From Candidatus Bathyarchaeota archaeon (GTDB taxonomy: Archaea > Thermoproteota > Bathyarchaeia > TCS64): a stretch of 64,000 nucleotides of DNA. The stretch is from positions 32,001-96,000 of the forward strand of contig CAVYVF010000023.1 in assembly GCA_963771885.1 (NCBI GenBank). Direction: 5' to 3'. The stretch's first letter is position 1, and every line of letters starts with the position of its first letter. A program made the translations under genes and the position numbers. Shown here piece after piece: positions 31,005-41,832 of the stretch. The notes beneath the pieces were generated by a model. That model worked only from the letters and a program-made list of their open reading frames with translations, did no database searches and was not told the DNA's origin.

Positions 31005-31134
31005 AGTTGCAGTCGATATGCGTGTCGGTATCTTGGTTAATAGATTATCCCCAACGATGCGGGGCAGATTCGTTGATTGCCGTTTCACCTGGCGCGATAG
31101 TATAATATCTTGCCCCCGTTGAGTACACCCCGAC

Positions 31135-32058
31135 ATGTCCGCCAAGGCATCAAAAGAAGAGAATGTGATAGTCCCGAAGGGTTGGTGGGAGAGCCTCCCC
31201 CGAAAAGTCTACTCGACGCTGGAACGCGTCAAGACGAGCCAGCCCTGGTTCGAGGTCTACAAGCTGAACGAGAAGACGTGGGCCATCTACGAGCCCTACC
31301 AGTTCGAGGAGACCCTGAGCTACCTCGTCGAGGGAGATAAGAAGGCGATACTCATCGACACAGGCGACGGCATCGGCGACATAAAAAAGCTCTGCGAAGA
31401 GCTGACGAAGCTGCCCTTCTGGGTCGTGAACACGCACACCCACGTCGACCATGTGGCGCAGAACTACATGTTCAAGGATGTCTGGTGCTACGACGGCCCA
31501 ATGGCACACGAGGTCGCGGAGACGGGTTACCCGAACAGCAAGACGGCACCCATGGTAGGCCCCGGCATGACGTGGAAGCCGCTCCCCAAGGGCTTCAACG
31601 TGAAGAAGTGGGTTGTGCCCCCCTACAAGGTGACTCACTGGATGAAGGACGGCGAGGTCATCGACTTGGGCGGTAGGAAGCTCGAGGTCATCTACACGCC
31701 GGGCCATAGCAATGACCATGCCTGCCTCCTTGACAGAAAGAACAGGTGGCTCTGGACTGGAGACATCTTTTACACAGGAGGCGTCTACACGTACCTCCCC
31801 GGCGGCGACCTCGACCAGTTCATCGAGAGCTACGAGAAGATGGTCAAACTCATGCCCGAGTTCGACTACCTAATGCCCAGCCATAACGAGCCGATGGTGC
31901 CAAAGGCGGTGCTCAAGACCGTACTCGATAAGGCGAAGCTAATCCGCGCTGGGAAGGAGAAGAAGTACACAGAGGGAGTCGACGGTGGAGAGAAGATAAG
32001 GCGCCACCAGTACGACACCTTCGCTATCATTACATTCGAGAAGCAGATCAAGAAGTAA
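31135..32058 (+). CDS. MBL-fold metallo-hydrolase (paralog 1)
   Basis: IDTG, NTHTHVDH, TPGH, TGD, PSHNEP. Confidence 0.9.
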   Translation: MSAKASKEENVIVPKGWWESLPRKVYSTLERVKTSQPWFEVYKLNEKTWAIYEPYQFEETLSYLVEGDKKAILIDTGDGIGDIKKLCEELTKLPFWVVNTHTHVDHVAQNYMFKDVWCYDGPMAHEVAETGYPNSKTAPMVGPGMTWKPLPKGFNVKKWVVPPYKVTHWMKDGEVIDLGGRKLEVIYTPGHSNDHACLLDRKNRWLWTGDIFYTGGVYTYLPGGDLDQFIESYEKMVKLMPEFDYLMPSHNEPMVPKAVLKTVLDKAKLIRAGKEKKYTEGVDGGEKIRRHQYDTFAIITFEKQIKK

Positions 32059-32285
32059 GGCAGTCGCGAGCGCACGGTTTTATTGTAGTTGCCTTCACAG
32101 ACATCCAGGTAAAAAGCCCGTTGAGATTATCCGACTCCTTCATGGAGATTCTCGCCACGTTTAGCCCCGTCTTCATCTCGGATACCAGATCAGCGATCCC
32201 AACCGTCTTTCCCTTCATCGCGCCGCTTGCGTCCTCGCTCGTACCGTTTGCCGAAGCCAGCCCTTTGCCGAGACTGACCTCCGGT

Positions 32286-32827
32286 ATCGCGCGTTTATTC
32301 GACAAGTTTGGTAACACTGAGAAAGAGATCGCGACTATTTCCGTCAAGAGTCGGGCATACATCGCTAACAGGCTAAGGCTGCTCCACATGGACTACAACC
32401 AAGCCCAAAGTGTTTTGGCCAAAACACAACCCCCCCTCGGGCAGCCCTAAAGATCCAGACCACACCAATCACCGAAAAATACCGACTAGCAGACCTCATG
32501 ATAAACTGGAACCTCAGCTTCGAGGAACTGAGATCCGCCACCCAAACAATACGCGCCAACGGGGATACCATCCGGTTCAACCGAAGCGTCCCCGTCAAAG
32601 GCCTCATCACCGATCCAAGGTACCAAGACGCGGATGCGTCCCACCCCGAGAAATACCCGGCGAGAGGCGTGCAACTGTACCCCATATCCGTTTAGGTGGA
32701 TGGCGTCGTCCGCTGGGGAGACTTGATGGTGGTGGCGGCTCGAAGCCGGGGAGTGGATACGCTTGATGTTGAGATCGTTGTGAGCTCCTCAGAGGAAGGG
32801 AGGGGAGTGCCCGCTGCTGGTAGTTGA
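32286..32827 (+). pseudogene. Degenerate ParB/Spo0J-like protein
   Basis: RLFDKFGNTEKEIA...KSRAYIANRLRLL (ParB HTH-like), then a frameshift, then PISV*VDGVVRWGDLMVVAARSRGVDTLDVEIV (ParBc-like) with an internal stop. Confidence 0.55.
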
Positions 32828-33494
32828 GCCCCTCGCCGCCGTGGGCGACGTTGAAGCCGCGGAGCTGCCCTCTACGGGCGAACCTCCTCATGCTTGATAA
32901 TGACGCGTGCTCGGATTCCCCGGTAACGTGCACTTGGTTAATTTGCCGGGGTGAATCCTCGGAGGGTTATGCTTCCGCGAAGCGGCGCCTTAGTATCTCC
33001 CTCCTCAATTTGGTTGGAGGCGTTTTATGTAAAACGTTGACGGCTTTTACGGCGCCTCGATGCTTGGCTGGTGCCCGGCTCCTATCGGCTCGTGGGGCTG
33101 GCTCTTTGTGGCTTGGTGGTTGGCTGTGTTGTGTGTCGGCGGTAGAGGTGGCTTTAGCTGCTGGTGTGTTCGGGGGCTGCGGCGGCTGGTGTGGCTTCAG
33201 CTGGGTAGACAGGGGCTGTGTTGGCTCTTAAGCGGTTGTTTTGGATGCGGCTTTTCTTCGTGGTTGGTGTGGTGGCTTCGCGGCTGCGTGCTTGGTTAGT
33301 TTGTTGTAGTGTCCTCTATGGGAGGCTTTGTAGATGGGAAGAAAATGTGTAACTAATTCTGCTAACCTAAGCCGCGGCGTGCTGCCGTGTGCCGCAGCGT
33401 GCCGCTGCAGCCATTCAGCCGAACGAGCCGAGGAGTTGAGGTATCTGCCTTGCATCTATACCCCCTTCAGTGACTGGTGGATGAAAACTGATTT

Positions 33495-33885
33495 GTTCCG
33501 CAGCAAGCGGTGTGAACCCGGTAGCCGAGGATGAAGCTCTTCTTCCACGCCCCACCCTCGCATCCGGGTCGCTTCTCCCCGTCCGGTTATCCATGGCCCT
33601 GAAGTGGGTGAAGAGCCCGTGGCTCGGCGTCTGTCTTTGGAAGCCGCACGCTGTGGCGTTCTTATGGTCGTCCTCGAGTGAGTGCGAGTCTTCGGTCGCT
33701 GGGGATTCGGAGGAGGTGTTTTGTATGCTGGGTTTTGAGTATAGCTAGGGGGTTGAGTGGGGTTCTTCCTAGGCTGTCGGTGTGGTATTGTGTCGCCAGG
33801 TCAGTTTTGATCTGGTCTAGGTTGAGTGAGTTAAGTACGTGCTTAACATTCAGCCCGTACTCAATGGGTGGGTGTGGATCTATTT
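33495..33885 (-). mobile_element. Decayed IS transposase remnant (IS1182/IS5-like, DUF772-type N-terminus)
   Basis: GRTPLNPLAILK...LLRIPSDRRLA / ACGFQRQTPSHGLFTHFR / SDPDARVGRG / FILGYRVHTACC across frameshifts and an internal deletion. Confidence 0.75.
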
Positions 33886-33967
33886 ATTCTAAACAGCCAA
33901 GCGCGCTAATTTTAAACACAGTCGGTCTACTCGATGAACCTAAAAGCCCGACGGATTTCCTTAACCC

Positions 33968-34870
33968 ATGTCGTCACCCCCGGAGGACCGGAGCGTCCTA
34001 GTCGCTGACAAGTGGTGGAGCAAGCTCCCCCGCCCAGCCTACAAGAACCTGAAGCGTATTCCCGTAACGAGTGAGTGGTTCGAGGTCTACCTCGTCGGCA
34101 AAGACACGTATGTGATCTATGAGCCAGGGCAGTATGAGGAGGCGATTAGCACACTCGTCATCGGCGGCGCCAGAGCTGCCCTCATAGACACCGGTTGTGG
34201 CATAGGCAACATCACAAAGGTTATCGACGAAATAACGGACCTCCCCGTCTTCGTTGTCAACACACACGCCCACAACGACCACATCGCCGACAACCACAGA
34301 TTCAAGGAGATATGGATGCTCGATCACCCCTGGAGTGTCGAGGCACAGAAGGGACTGCCGAACAGCGAGATGGCGCACCTAGTCGCCAAGGGGATGGTAT
34401 GGAAGCCCCTCCCAAAGGGCTTCGACCCAAAGAGGTACATCGTACCTCCCTTCAAGGTAGCGCACTTCTTCAAGGATGGCGAGGAGATCGACCTCGGAGG
34501 CAGGATGCTAGAGGTTATACATACACCCGGGCATACACCCGACTCGTGCTGTATCCTCGACCGTGACCACCGCTTCCTCTTCACCGGCGACATGTTCTAC
34601 ACTGGCGGCATCTACACCTACCTCAACGGCGGGGACATACCTACATTCATCAAAAGCTACGCGAAGATGCTCACGTTTTACGATGATTTTGACCACCTTA
34701 TGCCGAGCCATAACGAGCCATACGTCGAGAAGGAACTTCTCAAGCAGGTTTTGAAGGCGGTTGAGGATGTGGCAGCGGGGAAGGGAAAGTACGTAGAGGG
34801 GAAGGACTTGGGCATCCCCATCAGGAAGTATGACTTCGGCCGCTTCAGCATAGTCTCCCGCGCCCCCTAG
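33968..34870 (+). CDS. MBL-fold metallo-hydrolase (paralog 2)
   Basis: NTHAHNDH, TPGHTPD, PSHNEP. Confidence 0.9.
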   Translation: MSSPPEDRSVLVADKWWSKLPRPAYKNLKRIPVTSEWFEVYLVGKDTYVIYEPGQYEEAISTLVIGGARAALIDTGCGIGNITKVIDEITDLPVFVVNTHAHNDHIADNHRFKEIWMLDHPWSVEAQKGLPNSEMAHLVAKGMVWKPLPKGFDPKRYIVPPFKVAHFFKDGEEIDLGGRMLEVIHTPGHTPDSCCILDRDHRFLFTGDMFYTGGIYTYLNGGDIPTFIKSYAKMLTFYDDFDHLMPSHNEPYVEKELLKQVLKAVEDVAAGKGKYVEGKDLGIPIRKYDFGRFSIVSRAP

Positions 34871-34912
34871 AGCCCGATAGGGTAATATTCGCGTCGCGCC
34901 TCGTATCGCGCT

Positions 34913-35821
34913 ATGGCATACTCGAACAAGACGGACCCCGGGCTCATCGTTCCGAAGAAGTGGTACGAGTCCCTCCCACGCAAGAGCTGGAGCAGATTCG
35001 ACAAGGTCGAGACCAGCCAGCCCTGGTTCAGCGTCTACGAGACCACCCCTGACACCTACGCCCTCTACGAGGACGGTCAGTTCGAGGAGGTGATCAGCTA
35101 CCTTGTCATCGGCGAGGACACCGCCGCCCTAATCGACACAGGCAACGGTATCGGCGACATAAAGGCACTTTGCGAGGAGCTCACCGACCTGCCAATGATG
35201 GTCGTCAACACCCACGCCCACCTCGACCACACCGGCGGCAACTCGGCTTTCGAGGAAATAGCCCTCTTCGACCACCCCTGGTCTAGGGAGAGGACGAAGG
35301 GCAGGCCAAAGGAGGGCATAGACGTCGGCAACTATGTAAGTGGCGAAATGGTATGGAAGCCGCTCCCTCGCGACGTGGACCCGAAGACGTGGCACACCGA
35401 CCCCTTCACCGTCACGCGGTGGATGAAGGAGGGTGACGAGATAGACCTCGGTGGCAAGAAGCTGGAGGTCATACACACCCCCGGGCACACGCCCGACAGC
35501 GTCTGCCTACTCGAGCGCAACGAGCGCCTCCTCTTCACCGGCGACATCTTCTACCCCGCCCCCATCTACATCTACTCTCCCGACTCCGATATTGACGAGT
35601 TCATCAGCAGCTTCCGTAAAATGGTCAGGGCTGACTACGATTACGCGATGCCCGCACACAACGAGGCGATGGTCGAGAAGAAGGTCGTCGAGGACGTGCT
35701 CAACGCCATCGAGGCGATAAAGGCAGGGAAGGCCGGCACGTTCAAGCCCGGAGTAGCCAACGGAATCAAGGTCCGCCGCTACGACTACGCCCGATTCGCA
35801 CTTATCGTCCGCGACGAGTAG
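34913..35821 (+). CDS. MBL-fold metallo-hydrolase (paralog 3)
   Basis: NTHAHLDH, TPGHTPD, PAHNE. Confidence 0.9.
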   Translation: MAYSNKTDPGLIVPKKWYESLPRKSWSRFDKVETSQPWFSVYETTPDTYALYEDGQFEEVISYLVIGEDTAALIDTGNGIGDIKALCEELTDLPMMVVNTHAHLDHTGGNSAFEEIALFDHPWSRERTKGRPKEGIDVGNYVSGEMVWKPLPRDVDPKTWHTDPFTVTRWMKEGDEIDLGGKKLEVIHTPGHTPDSVCLLERNERLLFTGDIFYPAPIYIYSPDSDIDEFISSFRKMVRADYDYAMPAHNEAMVEKKVVEDVLNAIEAIKAGKAGTFKPGVANGIKVRRYDYARFALIVRDE

Positions 35822-35856
35822 CCCACCTTTTTAAATACAAAAACCCCTCCTCAACC

Positions 35857-36480
35857 GTGGCCGAAACGCGGATACACGTCGTCGAGCACCGCCTGGCGGG
35901 GCTATTCCCCGTAGTCAACTCATACATAGCCGAAGGGCAGGACCTCATGCTCATAGACACGGGGCTCAACAACGGCTCCGCCAATACAATCACCAAGAAG
36001 CTCGAGTCCCTCGAACACAAGCTCTCCGACGTCGACCTCTGCATAATAACCCATGCCCACAGGGACCACCTCGGCGGCCTCAAGACACTCAAGGGGAGGC
36101 TTCCACCCCTCCTCGTCGCAGCTCACGACTCCGAGGCTGACGAGGTCGAGAGGGCGACTGGCGTCGAGGTAGACCTCCGCCTCATTGACGGCCAGAACAT
36201 CGGCGGGTTCACGGTAGCCTACCTCCCCGGCCACACTCTCGGCAGCATAGCACTTCTCGGCGCCGGCACGCTCATCGCCGGAGACGCCCTCAACGGCGGT
36301 GGTGCCGAACTAAAGGGGCCGAACCCCATGTTCACGAAGGACAGAGACGCTGCCGCGGCGAGTGTCAGGAGCCTTGCCGACCTCGACTTCGAGAGGGTTC
36401 TAGTCGGCCACGGGTCAGGAGTCGAGAAGGGGGGCAAGGAGGTACTCCTCCGCCTCATCGAGAGCATGGGCGAGCCTTGA
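35857..36480 (+). CDS. MBL-fold hydrolase (different subfamily)
   Basis: THAHRDHLGG, PGHTLG, AGDAL, VGHG. Confidence 0.88.
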   Translation: MAETRIHVVEHRLAGLFPVVNSYIAEGQDLMLIDTGLNNGSANTITKKLESLEHKLSDVDLCIITHAHRDHLGGLKTLKGRLPPLLVAAHDSEADEVERATGVEVDLRLIDGQNIGGFTVAYLPGHTLGSIALLGAGTLIAGDALNGGGAELKGPNPMFTKDRDAAAASVRSLADLDFERVLVGHGSGVEKGGKEVLLRLIESMGEP

Positions 36481-36526
36481 CGGCCCAGATACGTTGAAAT
36501 GGGCGGCGATTCGGCTCCTATACGGT

Positions 36527-37690
36527 ATGTCCCAGTCTAGGAGCCGTCTGCTGAACTTTCTGATGGTCTTCCAGATGACTGGCTCCTTCAAGATGGGCAT
36601 TGTCGCACCCATCCTCGCCCTTCTCATCAGGCGGCAGGGAGTTTCCATCGTCGATATAGGCGTCCTCGGCGTCGCGGGGATGCTGGGGTGGCTCATCTTC
36701 GAGCCGCTCAGCGGCGCCATCGCGGACAGGGTGAACAGGCGGCTCATGATCGCATTCGCCTCGGTCTCCACCGCCGCCATATACGTCCTCTACCCCCTCG
36801 CGACCGAGTTCATCCACTTCCTCGTCCTCGCATTCGCTATGAGCAGCCTCTCCTCCGCCTCCAGCGTCCCGACCCGGGCGCTCCTCACTGACCTCATACC
36901 CGCCTCTGGCCGGGGCCATACCTACGGCAGATACATGATGATGGTGAGCGGAAGCTCGGTAATAGCACCCTTCCTCGGTGGCTACTTCTCTGAGACGCTC
37001 GGCTACGCCTTCCCATTCTACACCGCCGCCGGAGTCGGCGTGATAGGCCTCGCCGCAATCGTACTCATGGGGCCACTACCCCAGACCGAGAAACGGGAGC
37101 AGATTAAAATGAAGATATCTGACGTCCTGAGTAACGATCTAGTCAACCTCTACGTCGTCCGAGGGCTATACTTCTTCACGTTCCCGTTCAGGAGCGGCTT
37201 CCTCCCCATACTGCTGAACGAGAGCGCCCTACACGCCTCGGAGACCGAGATCGGCACATACATGACACTCGTGAGCCTGATGGCCGCAACCTCGCAGGCG
37301 TTCCTCGGCGATTTCATCGACCGTGTCGGAGGCAGGAGGATAATAGTTGGGACGATCAGCCTGCTCGCAGTCACATATCTGGGATTGCTAGCAGTTACTT
37401 GGGTACCGATTCTCTTCATCATAGGCGCCGTTCAGGGCGTGCTGCAGGCGGGTGCCGACACGAGCATGATGATCCACCTGATGAGCCTCCCTAACAAGGG
37501 GAAAAGCGGCTTGGTGATGGGCCTCTTCGCCGAGTCGGAGAACATCGGCGGCATCATCGCCAACCCTGCTTTAGGCTACACGTATACCGTCTTCGGCCCC
37601 CTTTCATCGCTGGTCCTGATCTCAGGCATCCTAATAGTGACCGCCGGCTTTTCAGCCGTCAGATTGAAGCCGAAGCCAACAGAATCATAA
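36527..37690 (+). CDS. MFS transporter
   Basis: About 12 TM segments; GAIADRVNRR and GDFIDRVGGRR motif A. Confidence 0.9.
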   Translation: MSQSRSRLLNFLMVFQMTGSFKMGIVAPILALLIRRQGVSIVDIGVLGVAGMLGWLIFEPLSGAIADRVNRRLMIAFASVSTAAIYVLYPLATEFIHFLVLAFAMSSLSSASSVPTRALLTDLIPASGRGHTYGRYMMMVSGSSVIAPFLGGYFSETLGYAFPFYTAAGVGVIGLAAIVLMGPLPQTEKREQIKMKISDVLSNDLVNLYVVRGLYFFTFPFRSGFLPILLNESALHASETEIGTYMTLVSLMAATSQAFLGDFIDRVGGRRIIVGTISLLAVTYLGLLAVTWVPILFIIGAVQGVLQAGADTSMMIHLMSLPNKGKSGLVMGLFAESENIGGIIANPALGYTYTVFGPLSSLVLISGILIVTAGFSAVRLKPKPTES

Positions 37691-37715
37691 ACACCAGGGG
37701 GCTCCACTACGATCA

Positions 37716-38648
37716 ATGTTGAAGCAGGTTATCGAGACAATGGAGCTGCTCGACTCCGCGAAGGTGTCAGGGAAGGACGTAGCAGCACTCCTCAAGGCAA
37801 GGGGGCTCGAAGACGTCACAGTGAAGACCCTGCGGGGTGAGAAGGGGAAGACCGACTTCGTCAGAGCGAAGATACCCGGCACGAGGGGAAAGACAGCCAA
37901 GGGAGACGCCCCGACGCTCGGTGTCCTCGGCCGCCTCGGAGGGGTCGGAGCCCGCCCGGAGATGATCGGGCTCGTCTCCGACGCCGACGGCGCCATCACG
38001 GCGGTCGCAACAGCTCTAAAGCTCGCCGACATGAAGGCAAATGGGGATCCGCTCCCCGGCGACGTGGTCATCGGGACACACATCTGTCCTGACTCGCCTA
38101 CGATACCCCACAAACCCGTGCCCTTCATGGGTTCCCCCGTCGCATTCGCCGACATTGCCGGGCAGGAGGTTACCTTCGACATGGACGCGATCCTTAGCGT
38201 CGACACGACCAAGGGCAATAGGATAGCCAAGTGGAGAGGCTTCGCCATAACCCCAACCGCAAAGCAGGGCTGGCTACTCAAGGTCAGCGACGACCTACTC
38301 ACAATTATGGAGATAGTCACCGGCAGGATAGCAAGGGTCTGCCCACTATCCACCCAAGATATAACCCCTTACGGCAACGGCATCGACCACATTAACAGCA
38401 TAATGCAGCCCTGCACCGTCACCGATAAGCCAGTCGTCGGTATCGCAATCACAACCGAATCCGTCGTCCCCGGTTGCGCCACGGGTGCCAGCCACCCAGA
38501 GGATATTGAGGAGGCGACGCGGTTCTGCGTCGAGGTCGCTAAGGCGTATGGAAAAGGGCTCTGCAGCTTCTACAATGAGGACGAATGGCGAATAATAGAA
38601 AGGAAATACGGCCCACTCAAGCTCCTGCAGACACCCGGGAAAAGTTAA
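37716..38648 (+). CDS. DUF1177-family protein
   Basis: GRLGGVGARP, VSDADGA, PHKPVPFM, DTTKGNR, HINSIMQP, VPGCATGASH. Confidence 0.85.
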   Translation: MLKQVIETMELLDSAKVSGKDVAALLKARGLEDVTVKTLRGEKGKTDFVRAKIPGTRGKTAKGDAPTLGVLGRLGGVGARPEMIGLVSDADGAITAVATALKLADMKANGDPLPGDVVIGTHICPDSPTIPHKPVPFMGSPVAFADIAGQEVTFDMDAILSVDTTKGNRIAKWRGFAITPTAKQGWLLKVSDDLLTIMEIVTGRIARVCPLSTQDITPYGNGIDHINSIMQPCTVTDKPVVGIAITTESVVPGCATGASHPEDIEEATRFCVEVAKAYGKGLCSFYNEDEWRIIERKYGPLKLLQTPGKS

Positions 38649-38697
38649 AATTAGCGCATTTTATAAAACCCGATTCCCTTCAGAGCACCCGAGCAAG

Positions 38698-39162
38698 ATG
38701 TTATTCAAGAAGATACTCGTGGCATTCGACGGGTCCGAGCCGTCGAAGCGAGCTATAGATTACGCCGCTGACATGGCACACTCATGCAAGGGCAGCCTTG
38801 TGATACTCACCGTTGTCCCCAAGGTAACCATACCGATATTCCCCGACGAGGGCTTCGGCACGGTCCCAGTCACCACATCACCCGACTGGGCCGAGTACCA
38901 GGAGAAGATGAACGAGACATACAGGAAGAGCCAGGACGACGCCGTCAAGGACCTCAAGGAGCACTACCCCAAGCTTTCCGTCGAGGCCCTCCTCCTCGAG
39001 GGGCGCCCCAGTGCCACGATCGTAGAGCAGGCTGAGAAGAATCAGACCGACCTCATAGTGATCGGTAGCAGAGGCCTCGGAGGCATCAGTGGCTGGATAC
39101 TCGGCTCTACAAGCAGGCGCGTCGTAGAGTCCTGTACGAAGCCTGTACTCGTCATAAAGTAG
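38698..39162 (+). CDS. Universal stress protein
   Basis: KILVAFDGS, DLIVIGSRGLG...LGSTSRRVV...PVLVIK. Confidence 0.93.
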   Translation: MLFKKILVAFDGSEPSKRAIDYAADMAHSCKGSLVILTVVPKVTIPIFPDEGFGTVPVTTSPDWAEYQEKMNETYRKSQDDAVKDLKEHYPKLSVEALLLEGRPSATIVEQAEKNQTDLIVIGSRGLGGISGWILGSTSRRVVESCTKPVLVIK

Positions 39163-39381
39163 CAGAGGCGAGTCCGAGCCCACCCTGGACTATTTCTCGT
39201 CGCGAACGCACACATTTTTTTTAACAAGTTAAAGTATTTTTAAGATAACAATAATTTTTCAATTTTTTTCAAGGCAAATAAGGAAATTTACCACGTAATG
39301 ATATCGATAGAGGAGAAGGGGTTGGTATGTTCCTTAAGTAACCCTTTTCCTCATGGCACGCGATCAGATAACAGACCAGCT

Positions 39382-40272
39382 TTGGAGGTCGAGGAGCAGT
39401 ACATCGAGGCCGGGAAGATCGCTGCCAAGGTCCGTGAGCAGATACGCGGTGAGGTCAAACCAGGCGTGAAGGCCATTGACATCTGTGAACGCGTCGAGTC
39501 ACTGACTAGACAGCTTGGCGGCCAGCCAGCGTTCCCATGCAACGTCGACATCAATCAGGTCGCAGCTCACTACGCTTCGCCGGTCGGCGACCAGACCATA
39601 ATCCAGCAGGGCCAGGTCGTCAAAGTCGACATAGGGACGCACATTGATGGCTATATAGCCGACACGGCGGTAACTATCTGCCTCGACCCCGCTTTGACGC
39701 AGATGGTCAAAGCCGCTGAGGAGGCGCTCGCCGTCGCAATATCCGTTGTGAAGGCGGGCGTCAGGGCATCTGACGTCGGCGCCACAATCGAGCACACGAT
39801 AAAGAACCGCGGCTTCAAACCCATCAGGAACCTCACCGGCCACAAGCTCAGCCGATATATAGTACATGCGGGACGCAGCATCCCTAACGTTGCCGGCTAC
39901 GAGCTCCACAGGCTCGAGGAGGGCGAGGTTTACGCCATCGAGCCCTTCAGCGTCCTCAACAACGCCGTCGGCGAGGTTCGCGACGGGCCGCCTAGCCACA
40001 TATACCGCTTCGAGAAGAAGCGAAACCTTGAGGGGGTGACCAAGCAGATGCTCGCATTTATTCAGCAGGAGTATAGGACTCTGCCTTTCTGCAGCCGCTG
40101 GATTATGAAGAGGTTCCCGGGCCCCGAGGGACAGAAAGCCTTCAGCGACCTCCTTGCAAGCCGATGTATAATGGGCTACCCGCAGTTACTGGAAAAATCG
40201 GGTGGCCCCGTCGCACAGGCGGAGCACACAGTCGTCGTTCAGAAGGATGGCTGCCTAGTCACAACCCGCTGA
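39382..40272 (+). CDS. map: Methionine aminopeptidase type II
   Basis: PAFPCN, AAHY, KVDIGTHIDGYIADTA, LTGH, AIEPF, AQAEHT; start uncertain. Confidence 0.95.
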   Translation: MEVEEQYIEAGKIAAKVREQIRGEVKPGVKAIDICERVESLTRQLGGQPAFPCNVDINQVAAHYASPVGDQTIIQQGQVVKVDIGTHIDGYIADTAVTICLDPALTQMVKAAEEALAVAISVVKAGVRASDVGATIEHTIKNRGFKPIRNLTGHKLSRYIVHAGRSIPNVAGYELHRLEEGEVYAIEPFSVLNNAVGEVRDGPPSHIYRFEKKRNLEGVTKQMLAFIQQEYRTLPFCSRWIMKRFPGPEGQKAFSDLLASRCIMGYPQLLEKSGGPVAQAEHTVVVQKDGCLVTTR

Positions 40273-40714
40273 GATCGTCCTTCTTCTTATCCTTCTCGTC
40301 TTCCTTCTTCCTTGCTATCTTCGTCACCATCATCATACCGTCGCAGCGCGTGCATGGCTCGTCGTCCTTGAAGACGAAGTCGCCACGCTTGAAGTCGCGG
40401 ACGCGCTTCTGCTGGCACTTGGGACACTCGAGGGTCGTGTAGACCTCAACCTTCTTTATCTCAAGTGGTTCATGCTTCGCCTCCCCGACCGGGGCTTTGC
40501 CCCTGAAGAGGAGGTAGCCTATCGCTGCGAACCCGGCGGCGCCTAGGAAGAGGAATATGAGGGCGATGTCGGGATTGTCCCCGTAGTTGATGAAGCCCAT
40601 GTAAAGGCTGAGCAGGCTAAGGAAGCCGACTATAAGTATGGCGGCGTATGCGACCCAGCTGGCGGTCATGCCCGCTGCTGGTGCTGTGCTGCTGCCCTGA
40701 TCTCCCGCCATCAT
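40259..40714 (-). CDS. Membrane protein with C-terminal zinc ribbon
   Basis: 2 TM helices, then ECPKC...RDFKRGDFVFK...CTRC. Confidence 0.75.
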   Translation of the reverse strand: MMAGDQGSSTAPAAGMTASWVAYAAILIVGFLSLLSLYMGFINYGDNPDIALIFLFLGAAGFAAIGYLLFRGKAPVGEAKHEPLEIKKVEVYTTLECPKCQQKRVRDFKRGDFVFKDDEPCTRCDGMMMVTKIARKKEDEKDKKKDDLSGL

Positions 40715-41832
40715 TGACCAACTCCTATGGTGTTGCCGATCCCGGCAACCACGACCACGTCTCCTGGCTCCGTGTAGTCCATGATTATGCGCTTGACCGA
40801 CTCTATAGCCTTGTCCGTGGCGTCGAAGAGCGGCTCAACTAGTGGGGCGACGACGTGCTCCATTCCCTGCTTTATTGCGATGGCGTGCATGGGTATCTTG
40901 TACTTCACGGCGACCTCCTCCATCCTGAACTTCTCCTTACCCGTGCCTCCGATGGCAGCGCCTATGCCCTCGCTAACCTGGCCTACGGGCTCGCCCTCGA
41001 GTTTGCCCGCGGCGTCGACAGTGATGATTATTTTTACCTTCCCCTTGCGGGCCTTGAGGATGTTTATCAGACCCTCGTCTGGGTTGCCGACGCTTCCGCC
41101 GGGTCCTTTTGCCTTGAAGACAACGAGCGTCCTTCCCTCGTAGGGCACCTCCGCCGCCACTATCTCCTCGGCGATGTCTGTCTGCGGGTAGCCGTGCATC
41201 ATCTTGGCGGCGACTATCGGGCCGACGCCGTCGCCTATGGGCATGCCCTCCTGGAACGCCTGTATGCCCGAGGCGTATGCCTCGACCATCTGGACGAGCT
41301 GGGGTAGGATCATGTGGACTTGCATTATGACGTAGATGTTCATCGTCTTCTTGCCGAGGATGTAGAAGTGGCGGATCACCTTGTAGTAGAGGTTGAGCGC
41401 TTGGCTTACCTCGACGAGGTTCTCGAGGTTGTTCCTCTCGACGGGCGTCGCGTTGGGGGCGAGTGCCTTGACCTCAGCCTCATATATGCGCTTGTTTACC
41501 TTGAGGAAGTGGTCCAGCTTGTCAACAATGCCTCCCGGGTCCATGTTCTCTAGGCCGATGCTGAAGAAGTCGATGAAGCGGTCGACACGTGGGGAAATAT
41601 CCCCCGTGGGTTTACCGATCTCTGTGATCGTCTTTATTGTCTGATTACGCGCCTCATCCTTGACGTGTTTAACCTTCCTCAGAGTCACCTCGATCTGCCT
41701 GAGCATCTGGAGCGTCTGGATCTTCTGTGCGTAGAATAGGTAGACAATGAACGCTAAGCTGTATAACATCTGAAGTATGACGTTCAGGTCCGTCTCCTGT
41801 GCTGCCAAGACCTGGGTTAGAAGCAATAACAT
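40711..41832 (-). CDS. DUF1512-family protein
   Basis: PIGDGVGPIVA, KAKGPGG, TVDAAGKLEGE, GIGNTIGVGQ. Confidence 0.8.
   Translation of the reverse strand: MLLLLTQVLAAQETDLNVILQMLYSLAFIVYLFYAQKIQTLQMLRQIEVTLRKVKHVKDEARNQTIKTITEIGKPTGDISPRVDRFIDFFSIGLENMDPGGIVDKLDHFLKVNKRIYEAEVKALAPNATPVERNNLENLVEVSQALNLYYKVIRHFYILGKKTMNIYVIMQVHMILPQLVQMVEAYASGIQAFQEGMPIGDGVGPIVAAKMMHGYPQTDIAEEIVAAEVPYEGRTLVVFKAKGPGGSVGNPDEGLINILKARKGKVKIIITVDAAGKLEGEPVGQVSEGIGAAIGGTGKEKFRMEEVAVKYKIPMHAIAIKQGMEHVVAPLVEPLFDATDKAIESVKRIIMDYTEPGDVVVVAGIGNTIGVGQ

Noticed and set aside
32048..32389. Minus-strand ORF with faint CHRD-like similarity
   Set aside because: Key motifs are missing and the resemblance is too weak to support
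32950..33480. ORFs or a CRISPR/tandem repeat array in the GT-rich stretch
   Set aside because: Low-complexity W/C/G-rich translations and no regularly spaced repeats
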